A DNA stretch of 23,329 bases from Paraspadella gotoi (Eukaryota; Animalia; Chaetognatha): assembly GCA_051294375.1 (NCBI GenBank), contig JBJCIZ010001479.1:1-23329 (forward strand). Direction: 5' to 3'. Position 1 is the first letter of the stretch; each line of letters starts with the position of its first letter. This document shows positions 10,286 through 20,035 of this stretch, piece after piece. The position numbers and the translations under genes were made by a program. Under the pieces are notes generated by a model. It was not told where the DNA came from. It worked only from the letters and a program-made list of their open reading frames with translations, and searched no databases.

Positions 10286-11544
10286 AGGATGCAGGGAACG
10301 CCGGGTCGCACCTCACGGCAATTTCGAGCGCGTTTTCCGAATTCAACGTGATACCAACAAGTGTCTCCCGGCATGTCTGTTGCCATTGATGCTGGCTTTG
10401 TTAGTAAGGGGCGTGGCCGGTTTTTTCGGCGGTCGACACGTTTCCATGGTTGAGACGCATTTCCAACTGCGCACACTTCGGCGTAAGAGCGACGTGGGCT
10501 GGCGTCATCGTCGTCGTCGGATTCATTTTCATTACACACGGCGTTTATTGCGGCGTTAGTTCCCGGCGCCTTGACGACGAGGTTTCCGGTGCCATCGTAG
10601 AAGGCATCGGCGGCTGCCGCTGCTTCATCCAGAGAGTTGGAGTCCGTGAATGCAATTGCACGGACGTGTGCAGGCAGAGCATTGGCGAGCATCTCTTTGA
10701 ATACTTCGTTCGCCGCAAGGCCAGCAAAAGTAGTTGTTATAATTGTTTTTAGTTGTGAGGGGGTTCGCCCACCCAAAGTTATTGGCTTTAGTAGGCGAGC
10801 AGCTAGCTGGCGAGTCTTCTCAGCAAACAGATTGATGAGACGTTCTTGAACGGCGTGGTAAGATGGAGGGACGCCAGAAATGTAAAAGTCTTGGAGTAGA
10901 GGCTGATGCTCAGCTGGGATGGCGGCGAAAACATGGCTGGCTTTAGTGGCGTCGTCATCGACGTCGGCGCACGTGAAGGCTGCGTTTACTGCAGCTAACC
11001 ACAGCTTAATGTTGGTGGCGTCAAAAGGAGGGAGCTTAGGGGTGCGCGGACGGGAAGGCGGAGGCGGGAAAATTTGAGGCGGTGTTGTCTCAGCAACAGC
11101 AAATGGAGATGAGCGCGCCGCTGGCGGCGGGAATACAGAGTCTGAGGCGTCCATTGGCGGCACCTCTTCTGGGCCAGGATGGGAGCGGCGCCTCCGGCTC
11201 GGGTTGGGACGGTTGGCGCCAGTGGCAGCGGCTGTTGAAATGTAGGAAGGGTTGAGCAGCGGCGAGGGCGCCGTACCGGTCACGGGAGGCGGCGTGATAT
11301 GGCCGTCGCCGTCGGCGGCTGAAGCTGCATTAGGATCAATGCGAACTCGTTTTGGCATATTCGCGCCGGCGGACGTTGCGGGTGGAAGAGCCGCGTCCGA
11401 CGAGGAGCGGCGGCGACTGGCTCGTTTTATTTCCGTAAGAGTGGCTTCTTGCGCCGCCTGAAAAGCAGCCAAGGCCGCCGTTAGACGGGAGGTCACCTGT
11501 CTTTCGACCGATTCATTGATAATGCCAGAGACGAGATTGTTCAT
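10255..11544 (-). CDS. gag: Gag (429 aa from the first ATG; frame stays open upstream to 11808)
   Basis: PKLPPF..IKLWL..F...DDATKASHV capsid-like N-terminal block typical of CsRn1-like Gags (DUF7041-like), LGGRTPSQL block, and C-terminal CWYHVEFGKRARNC..C knuckle. Lies directly upstream of pol. Confidence 0.9.
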   Translation of the reverse strand: MNNLVSGIINESVERQVTSRLTAALAAFQAAQEATLTEIKRASRRRSSSDAALPPATSAGANMPKRVRIDPNAASAADGDGHITPPPVTGTAPSPLLNPSYISTAAATGANRPNPSRRRRSHPGPEEVPPMDASDSVFPPPAARSSPFAVAETTPPQIFPPPPSRPRTPKLPPFDATNIKLWLAAVNAAFTCADVDDDATKASHVFAAIPAEHQPLLQDFYISGVPPSYHAVQERLINLFAEKTRQLAARLLKPITLGGRTPSQLKTIITTTFAGLAANEVFKEMLANALPAHVRAIAFTDSNSLDEAAAAADAFYDGTGNLVVKAPGTNAAINAVCNENESDDDDDASPRRSYAEVCAVGNASQPWKRVDRRKNRPRPLLTKPASMATDMPGDTCWYHVEFGKRARNCREVRPGVPCILGNSKAGGRM

Positions 11545-11794
11545 TTCGAGACGGAAGTCGTTCCTGAAGCGATCAAAACGATCGTTCAATGAGCGGTCGA
11601 GAGGAAACTCGGCGTCGCGAGGCAAGTAGGTGCAGCGGCCCCGCAACAGCGCCGCCGCAGCGTCGGGTCTTACGCGACCTCTGCCGGGAGGAGCGACTCT
11701 CTGCGCGCGCGATCTTCTTCCATCTTCAAAACTTGATCCCGAAAACTTTGGAGTGATTCTGATTTCTGAGTTCTGTAGGTTGCGTGTTTCAAGT

Positions 11795-11807
11795 CGGCGA
11801 TCCACCA
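11795..11807 (-). other. Primer-binding site (TGGTGGATCGCCG)
   Basis: Begins 3 nt after the 5' LTR with TGG, complementary to tRNA CCA. TGGTGGA matches a tRNA ending UCCACCA (Ala-like). PBS length is uncertain. Confidence 0.8.
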
Positions 11808-11810
11808 ATT

Positions 11811-12097
11811 TGTAGTTGACTCAAGTGACGAATATTTTTGAGCAAAAAATATTGAGGCATTTTTCTTTAAGGAAACAAAAAAGGTTATAATCCAAAAAAT
11901 AAAAGTAAACCATAACGAAAAGTCAATAACAATAGTAAAAAAAAAAGAGAAAAAACAATAGCAATCAATGGTCAATGTTCAAGTGAGTGAGGTGAAACCT
12001 GACCCAAGGTCAGGTGGTCGAATAATGGGCAGGAACTTGATCGTCGTTGTTGTGGTCGTTTGTTGTTGTTGTTGTCATCGTCACTTGAGCTGCTACA
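11811..12097 (-). repeat. 5' LTR (287 bp)
   Basis: Direct repeat of 6656-6946, followed on the minus strand by the PBS. Confidence 0.97.
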
Positions 12098-12847
12098 GGG
12101 GTTTTGTTTTTTTTTTTGTTTACTGAATTTTCTGATCAAGAGATCAGAATCATTTCGTAATACTTTTCTTCCTTTTATTACTTTTAAAACTCAACTGCTC
12201 TCTCTTCTTTCTCGTTTAATCTTTCTCTCGCGTTCTCCCACTTTCCTTTCATCTGGCCTTCACTCTCTTCCCCTTTCGCGTTACCTTTCATTCACTTTTC
12301 TTTTCTTCTCCGCCCCCTCTCTCACCCCCCCCTCTCTCCCCCTTCGATTTGATAAAACCGCCGACGAATGAAACGTCAGAAACAAAATTGCTTTTCACCT
12401 TCGCCGTTTGTCGTTCGCCGCCCGCCGTTTTGCGTTTCTCGGTCTTGGTATTTTGAATTAAAATATCATTTTTATTTTATTATTCTCATCATAAATGCAT
12501 AAAAAAAAAGAAAGATAAAAAAATTTCAAAATAAATGTATTCATAAAATTTGAACAAGTACTGTAGTTCGGTGGGCGCCATTCCTGTTGGTTCCACTTTG
12601 TTTCGCCGATTCTAAGTTTGACAGATCTTGACAGCGCGTACGAAGCCAACGTAATCCGCAAAACCACGGTTCTACTTTCATCCGATTCTACCGTTTAACA
12701 TCACTTCTATACCCGATTTATATTTATATATAAGCCTATAAAGGCATCTTCCCTGGAAGAAAGTTATCCTAGGTTGTACCAGAGGCGACCCGATGATTCT
12801 GATTCGGATTCGAAGCCTCACTGGTTCACATCTTAAGTAGGAAAAAG

Positions 12848-12849
<2 letters not shown>

Positions 12850-12930
<81 letters not shown>

Positions 12931-12931
12931 C
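12850..12931. repeat. (CT)n microsatellite
   Basis: Near-perfect ct tract. Confidence 0.95.
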
Positions 12932-14789
12932 TACGACTTCCCTTTTCAAGCTTCTCTTTCACCTTCACCTTTTCTCCCCAACTTCCAACCTCCCCCGAAA
13001 AAAAACCGTTTTTTAGGTGGAGAGTAAATAAGAGATCCGAAGTTTCAATCTCCTTTACCGACCAAATAATTGATTCGCGACCTCCTTCAGATCTTTCCCA
13101 TTTTCTCTTACTTTCTTCCTCCAAGTTTTAAACACAATCAGTTTCCCAGTTTCTTTAGTTTTTTGGTCGCCATCTTGATTTGGAGAAAAGCCGGCTCGCC
13201 TTCTACTCGAGAGGGAACCTTGGACTTCAGGAGGAATCTATTTAATAATATGTACATTGTATGTACGTATGTACGTATAGAATAGTAAATAGAAGAAATT
13301 TTATTAAGGAAAGAATGATGTTTAATAAAATGGTACATCAATGCGTGTAAAAATTACTCATGATAGTTTTAAACCTCTATCCCTCTTATAAAATGAATAA
13401 CCTACCCATACCTTTTAAGCTTTCACAGTGATTAAACAAAAGGAAGTTTCATTAAAGTGAATCACGGATTGAAAGAAGGAATAGAAATTTTATATAAATG
13501 TCCACTGTGGTAAAATCGATGGAGAGAGGAGAAAAATTCTCACAAGAAAAGGAGGAAAGTGAGGAAAAGGAGGAAGAAAAGAAAAGAAATAAAACTGGGG
13601 AGTTTTAAATGGAAACGGAAAAGAGCTTCCGAAAAGGCGAGAGGGGGAGAAAGGTTTTTAGACCCCAAACGCCAAGACAGTTTTTTTTTCTTTCTTTTTC
13701 TTTTTTTTTCTTTCTTTTTCTTTCTTTATTTCTTTCTTTTTTTCTTTCTAAAAGTATCGTTTATTTTTATTTTTTTACTTTTTCGGTTTTTTCTTTCTTT
13801 TGATCTCTCTAGTTCCTTTTGATTTCAACTGATGCCGGAACTCTCCTTCTCTCTCTCATTCCCTCTTTTTTTCTCTCGCTTTTCCTCTCTCCCTCTCTCT
13901 TTCTCGTTCCCTTATCCCCTACTCTTATCACTTCCTCTATCTTATTTTTTATGTCTTTCTGGTCCCTTGTCCTTCTTTTCCTCCGCTTCTTAATCGTGCT
14001 TCCTCCCTCTCACGAAGGCGTCACCCTTAAGATTGAGACAGAGATATGTGCGCGAACTTCCCAATTTTGTTGGCGGGGGGCCCCTACGGTTAGTACATGG
14101 CAACACAGAAGTAAAACGGAGGGGGAGTGATTTTTGTAATTCCATCGTTGTTTCAGAAAAGACCCGTATGTTACTCCCAGACAAAGTGCCGAACCGTAAA
14201 AAGGGGCGAGGACGGGCTCTTGAGGGGGGACAGAGAGCTTGACGTGCGATCCAGATGATCACGAGAAGAAGACGCAGACCGTCGCTGTGTTGGCGAATGA
14301 GTGGGAAAGGGGGAGGAGTTGGCGATGAGTAGGCGGGAGAGAGTGACGGGGAGAGAGGTGGCACGACGAGATAAGCGAGTAAGATAGAAGGAGTAGCAGT
14401 ACAACATGCACATGAGACAGAGAAAGAAGTGGTAATGTGCCAGCGGCTGAGTGTATGAGGTGAAAAATAGATCTTAGAACGGATGGCAGCTCTATATCGT
14501 CTCCAGAATCTCTATCCCCGCCCCCTCAGCCTCGTTCCCATATATGGTCTCTATCTAATTTCTTAGAAATAACGCAAGAAAGGTAGAGAAGACAAACGAA
14601 CGAAAAAAATATTGCTTCTACCTCTTAATTTTAAATCCCTCGAGCTTTTCCTTGTTTTCCCCTTTTCGATCTTTGTCGTCTTAGTCTAGGATGTTTTTAA
14701 AGGCCTGGCTAAACACACCCCCCTCGTTTTTCCTCGTACGACACTACGACTTCTTTGGACCGGATTTGTGATCGATGTTGTTTTCCATT

Positions 14790-15306
14790 TACGGTGTGGA
14801 TGAGTGTTACGCGGCGTTCCCGAGACGAAAACCAAACTCATTTGAAGCAATGCCGCGTTGGTTGTCCTGGCGATAGAGCGCGCATTATTTATTGAGCAGG
14901 TCTACAAAAGTTTTCAGCGGTGGTGAAGTGGCGGCGGCGGAGCTGCGGTGGCTGGACGCGATGGCGCAGGCAACAGGTGACGGAGGCTGTCTGCAGGAGT
15001 GAAGGCTTTGCCAGCGGGCGTTAGATGGAAACGATAATATTTTCCCTGACTTCTCGCCAAGCTTTCCTTATCGATTAGTGATTGCGACAATGTAATTCCA
15101 GCGACAGCGCATTTCAATCTGCGCGGGTACGCTCGCTATTTACGGCGAGAATCAATTCAGAATAGAGAAGCGTAGTCGCCGTCACCAGAGCGGCGGTCGT
15201 GGCCCTAGGGAAATCCTCGAGGGTAGCTGATGTGAGCGTTTGAATAGCGGTTGTCGTAACAATGCGCCGATCCGTTCCTGATTTAAGAGAGATTGAAAAG
15301 GGCTTC
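14790..15306 (+). other. Inverted second copy of the GPCR TM3-TM5 exon (left arm of the palindrome)
   Basis: Reverse complement of 17912-18412. Reads SNAALVVLAIERALFI at about 14845-14893, the TM3 E/DRx motif. Confidence 0.65.
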
Positions 15307-16813
15307 GTGAGGATCTTACCCTACTCTGCTCTGTCTTGTACCTCAGTTATTTCTTTCTGTGTGCTCTCTAATATTGTTATTCGTCTTTCCAGCCGTGACC
15401 TATCCTCTTAACACCGCCCCATTACCACCCCATATGCGCCATCACGACCCTCTGCACTCCTATCTCCCCCAGGTCGGCCTCCTCCTCCTCCCGAGTGGAA
15501 TTTTGCACCTCCCCTGGATTTTCACGCCATTTGCATAAAAAAAAAAATAGTTCTTCCTGCCGGAATCCTATGATTTCCCTCACCGATTTCCCTCCGGCCC
15601 GTGGCGGTTTCCGAACCGATGTCATTCGAACGTGAGTTCGCCCGTTTATCAAGTCTCTCTCTCTCGTTCGTTTAGCCGAAAAATTACATTCCATATCTCC
15701 GGTTCATTATAGCAACATTTTAAAAAAAACTTAAGAATATATAAACAGTAATCTAAGCTGCGAAAGAGGTGGAATCTTCAACAGATCAATTAAATAACAG
15801 AACACCGAATGCGTCCCTAAAAAAAAAAAAAATATATATATATATAGAAGTCATAATACTGGATGTATGATAGCTTACTGTGTGTGCTGTGTGTGCTCCG
15901 TTAATAAAAATATTATTTATCCTTCGTGTGATCGTCATGCGTCATCATATCATCATCAACAGTGTATCCTTCTAGTTTTCTCTGCTCTTTTGGTGTGCCT
16001 ACGCGCTCAGTTTGTCGTGATATGATTATTTCTATACACTACTAGTGAAAGAGACCGGAAAGTAGTGGATGTGAGGAAGGGAGGAAGAGAGGAGAGAAAG
16101 AGAAAGAGAGAGCGAGGAAGGGAGGGCGTGCGCAAGAGGATTTTGCAGGAAGAGAAGAGAGCGAACTAAGGGGAAAGGAGAGAGAAGGGTAGTAGAAGAG
16201 AGCCATATAGAAGATTGGTGAATCAGATATGAGAATGATAAACGAAGTTAGATGAGAAAGAGAGAGTACATAAAAGAATACTGGACCGAGCTCTCGACGA
16301 AAATGGGGCAATTTTGGCATTCTTCCTCAGCATAAAACTACTTTTTTTTATTTTTTTTAGTTTGGGAACAGTATACAAAAAGAGAAGAAAGCAGAGATAA
16401 CGGGACGGGTCGAGTACGTGTGTATTTGCCAAGGCTGTTATATGGAGGAAGAGGTGAGGGCATTTTGATCTGCCCGCGGGAACTTTCGTTCGCCCTTAGA
16501 CCTAATATCGCGACGCGGTGATTGAAAGAGTGTGAAAGAAACCAGTACCAATATAAATCTTGATTCTAATTTAACTGAAAGCTCTCTATGGTGTGCCGGA
16601 AAGGAACAGAAAAAGGAGATACTTACTATATCAAACTCCCGGTTTCCATGAGGCTACGCAATTGTATCCTCGTATGGTGGTTGGAGTGTGACACGTGATA
16701 CAACCCGTGTGATCAACGGCTTCATCGACCCCTTCAAACACCCAAGTTTCATATGGAAACCCGGCGGCCTCCGTTTATGAGATAATTCTAATAGTCACCG
16801 GCAAAACTATTAC

Positions 16814-16975
16814 ATCTCATTGGTTTCGTAAATAGAATCAGGATTTTTTCGCCTCTTAAATAAAACGGTGAAAGGTTTAGGGCGAAAAAAATAAGTCGCG
16901 CGGGCACACTCCAAAAATGCGAGCAGCATAAAAAGCGAAACGAGAACGACGGTTGAGTCTTTTCTTCTCTTTGTA
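16814..16975 (-). CDS. Rhodopsin-like GPCR, exon encoding the end of ICL3 and TM6
   Basis: Acceptor ttttttctttgttgatcag| at 16976. Reads TKRRKDSTVVLVSLFMLLAFLECARATYFF, a basic loop followed by a hydrophobic helix. The 3' boundary is uncertain. Confidence 0.55.
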
Positions 16976-17049
16976 CTGATCAACAAAGAAAAAAAAAAAA
17001 GGTTTTCATGCCTGAGCAAGAGCGAATTCCATTTTTTTTTCGCTCGGTC

Positions 17050-17074
17050 TTCTCTTCTCTCTCCTCTCTCCTCT

Positions 17075-17132
<58 letters not shown>

Positions 17133-17160
17133 TCTCTTTCCTCTCTTTCTCCTTCTCACA
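17050..17160. repeat. (CT)n microsatellite
   Basis: ct tract; its scrambled mirror image lies at about 16070-16265. Confidence 0.9.
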
Positions 17161-17911
17161 CACACTTTCGTCTCTTTATAATAACCTTGTGTGTATAAAA
17201 AAATATATCACGACAACGAGGCGCTAGGGAAAAACAAGAGCCAGAGAAGAATCGAAGGAATACACTGCTGTTAATTGAGATGATGATTTGATGACGATGA
17301 CGATAACGAAGATAAAAATGATGATATTTTTATTAAGATAAATCAATTACGTACGTATACAAATTACATCCGAAGTTATGAACCTTCAAAAATTTTTTTT
17401 TGTTTAGGGACATTTTCCGTGTGTTCTGCTTTTTAATTGTCTGTTTGAAGATAACCCTTTGCAGTTAGATTTTTTGTAAACTTAAGTTTTTTTAAAATGT
17501 TGCTATAAAATAACGAGATATGAATTGTATTTTCGGCTAAACGACGACGGAGACGTGACTTGATAAACGGGCGAACACGTTCGGAATGACATCCGGGTTT
17601 CAGGGGATTAAAACGACGGGGCGGAGGAAATCGGTGGGAAAAATCATAGATTCGAGGAGGAAAACTATTTTTTTTTTTTTTGAATGGCGGTGGGAAAATC
17701 GGCGGCGGAGGTCAAATCCGGGGTTTAGAAGGTGGCGATGGGGAGAGATAGGAGGTTGCTTGCAGGGGTCTAGTGGACAATTGGAGCGAGAGGGGCTGTT
17801 AATGGGGCGGTTGTTTAAAAAAAATAGTAGTTTAGGGTGGAAAGAGATAAAAAATATTAGAGAGAATGAAAGAAATAACGAGTAAGAGAGAGAGGAGGTC
17901 AAGATCCTCAC

Positions 17912-18412
17912 GAAGCCCTTTTCAAATTTTAATCAGAACCTGGATCGCGCCATTGTACGAGACAAACCGCTATCAAAGACATCCATGGTTTAAAAACCCG
18001 AATTTTTTTTTTTTTTGCTTAGGGCCCGACGCCGCGCTTGTTGACGGCGACTACGCTTCTCTTATTCTGAAATGATTCTTCGCCCGTCAAATAGCGAGCG
18101 TCCCCGGCAGCAGATTGACAACATGGCTTGTTGTGAATTACATTGTCGCAAATCAGAATCGATAAGAGGGAAGCTTGGGAGAAGTTGGGAAAATATTCGT
18201 TTCCATAACGCCCGTGGAAGCCTTTCCTCAGACTGCCCTCCGTTCACGTTGCCTGCGCCTCTTGCGGTTGGCGTCCGCCACCGCAGCCCCGCGCCGCATT
18301 CACCACCGCTGAAATTTTGCTCAACGCTGTCAACTAAATAATTGCGTCCGTATTACTCGCCAGGAAAACAACCGCATTCTTTAAAATTTTTTCGTCTGGA
18401 ACCCGCTAACAC
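17912..18412 (-). CDS. Rhodopsin-like GPCR, exon encoding TM3-TM5; heavily frameshifted
   Basis: Acceptor ttttcattgttttag| at 18413, phase 0, matching the previous exon. TM3 LAIER is legible in the mirror copy. TM4-like ALWKRIFSQLLPSF (W-x8-P) and TM5-like PWMSLIAVC. Donor |gtgagg at 17911. Confidence 0.55.
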
Positions 18413-18759
18413 CTAAAACAATGAAAACAACATCGATAAAATCAAAAACAACCGGAAAAAAACGAGGGGGGGTGTTTAGCTAGGCTTTTTAAAAATCCTA
18501 GACTAAGTCGACAAAGATGAAAGGGGAACAAGGAAAAGTCGGAGGGATTTAAAAGTTAGAAGGAATCCGAAACAAATTTGTTTTTTGTTACTTTTTTTTC
18601 TCTTCTTTTTATTTTCTAAAAATAAAGAAGAAAAAAGAGGAAATTCGGCTGAGTGGGAGGGCGAAGATTCTTGGAGATCGAAAGAGCCTCCTCCGTCTAA
18701 TCTATTTTCACAACAACGCCCCTGGCCACTGTAATTTTCTCTGTTCTCTGTCTGTCTCT

Positions 18760-18779
18760 GCTCTCTTTCTACTCTCTCT

Positions 18780-18861
<82 letters not shown>
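18760..18861. repeat. (CT)n microsatellite (intronic)
   Basis: Near-perfect ct tract. Confidence 0.9.
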
Positions 18862-18865
<4 letters not shown>

Positions 18866-18945
18866 AGCCGTTCATATAATATTGACGAGGAAAAAAATGT
18901 TCTGGTAGACTCTATGTCTCTCGTTCTCACTCTCCTCACTCTCAC

Positions 18946-19111
18946 CGTACAAAAGGTAAGTTCCCATATGTTCCCCATTTTTGCTCGAGCTGACAGGCGA
19001 TCATTGGCGCAAAGAGTGACTCCATCGGAGACGGAGAGAAAGGCCAGGTAGTTGGCCGTGTTGGATCGCATATGTGGCGCCGAGATCCAGACCGATAAGC
19101 AAAGGGCGTTT
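18946..19111 (-). CDS. Rhodopsin-like (class A, peptide-receptor-like) GPCR, exon encoding TM1 end, ICL1, TM2 and ECL1
   Basis: 166-nt exon between ctcttaccag| and |gtgaga. Open frame (G)NALCLSVWISAPHMRSNTANYLAFLSVSDGVTLCA...NIWELTFCT contains the GN motif, LxxxD (LSVSD), ECL1 Trp and TM3 Cys. Confidence 0.8.
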
Positions 19112-19787
19112 CTGGTAAGAGCGGGGTGAGGGTTGGTAACTGGTTAAGGCAGAGGCGGGTTTCAAACGGGATTTAAGGGAGTTGAGGTATGAAATTGATT
19201 TAAATGCCTTGTTTGAATTGCAGGGTTACGTAAGAGTTAAAACGCGTTTTCAAGAGATTACCTTTCTAAATTCCTTGTGACTGCGGAAAGACATTCATTT
19301 TTGCAAGCCCGTTGACTTCATCTGGACTCGATTCCTCACCACAAAATAGAGGCGATTAAAACGTCAACCGTAAATTCACTTACAGCACATTACGCAGCAT
19401 GTATCTTTCATTTCACACCCCATCTGTCTTTCATCGGTGGTGATATTCTCTTTAATTCCTTTAAAATTCTCCTATGCCCTATCTTTTCTCGGCCAGGACC
19501 AAATCCTCGGGCGGTAAGCCCAACCAAAAAGCCAGGTTCATAGTTTTTATGGTATTTATACTAATATACTTCAATCTTATTTACTAATTTCCTTTCCGCT
19601 TTTATTTATTATTTATTTATTTATTTCTCTTATTCTCCTCTTTTCCATCTTCAACTTTCATCGCCCCAACTCTTCTATTTCATCCCTATTACCTTTTTTC
19701 TTCCTACACCTTATCCTCTCCCAACTCCTTCCTTCCCTCCAACAAATCCGTCGCCGTCTTCCCTTCCCTACCCCACCCAAACCTCAC

Positions 19788-19918
19788 CCAAAGATCCGAA
19801 GACGCGAGATTGGTGATTGACGAAGCACCTCGGCAATTTCCGAAAATGGGCGGCGACGTCCGCTGCTGAGAGCCAACTCCGGCCGCCGAACCCAGGAAAG
19901 GAAGGCCGAACGCTTTCA
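19788..19918 (-). CDS. Rhodopsin-like GPCR, exon encoding N-terminus and first part of TM1; frameshifted
   Basis: Acceptor ccccgccattcag| and donor |gtgagg. Ends ...gtcttcggatctttgg, i.e. VFG(I)F-GG, which joins the A of the next exon to give the Gly of the TM1 GxxGN motif. Confidence 0.6.
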
Positions 19919-19949
19919 CTGAATGGCGGGGAGAGAGGGAGTTGCGGAG

Positions 19950-20035
19950 GAGGGAAGAGAGAGAGAGAGAGAGAGAGAGGAGGATAGAGAGGATACGAGG
20001 AGAAGAAGGGAGAGAGAGAAGAAGAGAGAAAGAAG
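19950..20035. repeat. (AG)n microsatellite, imperfect
   Basis: ag-rich tract. Confidence 0.85.

Larger units (their letters stand above)
6656..12097 (-). mobile_element. Full-length Ty3/gypsy LTR retrotransposon, CsRn1-clade-like (5442 bp)
   Basis: Two direct LTRs (TGT...ACA), PBS, PPT, gag with CHCC-type knuckle, and pol with domain order PR-RT-RNaseH-IN. Confidence 0.97.
14400..18770. repeat. Large imperfect inverted repeat (arms ~14400-16673 and ~16693-18770)
   Basis: Collinear reverse-complement matches, e.g. 14640-14733 with 18454-18545, 15160-15207 with 18020-18070, 15680-15735 with 17480-17540, and 16639-16650 with 16752-16764. Differences are mostly indels. Confidence 0.95.

Noticed and set aside
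8163-10849. Plus-strand ORFs antisense to gag and pol
   Set aside because: Short shadow ORFs of a GC-rich coding strand with no recognisable motifs.
18001-18022. Plus-strand splice acceptor (poly-T followed by TAG)
   Set aside because: The poly-T run has no counterpart in the mirror arm, and the coding signal is on the minus strand.
18020-18125. Fibronectin type III-like motifs on the minus strand (NLLPGT ... SVVAVNKRGVGP)
   Set aside because: Spacing between the motifs is too long, the mirror copy does not preserve them, and the segment lies between GPCR TM4 and TM5 signatures.
14400-18770. Foldback or TIR transposon interpretation of the palindrome
   Set aside because: The arms consist of host exons and introns, with no defined outer termini, TSD or transposase.
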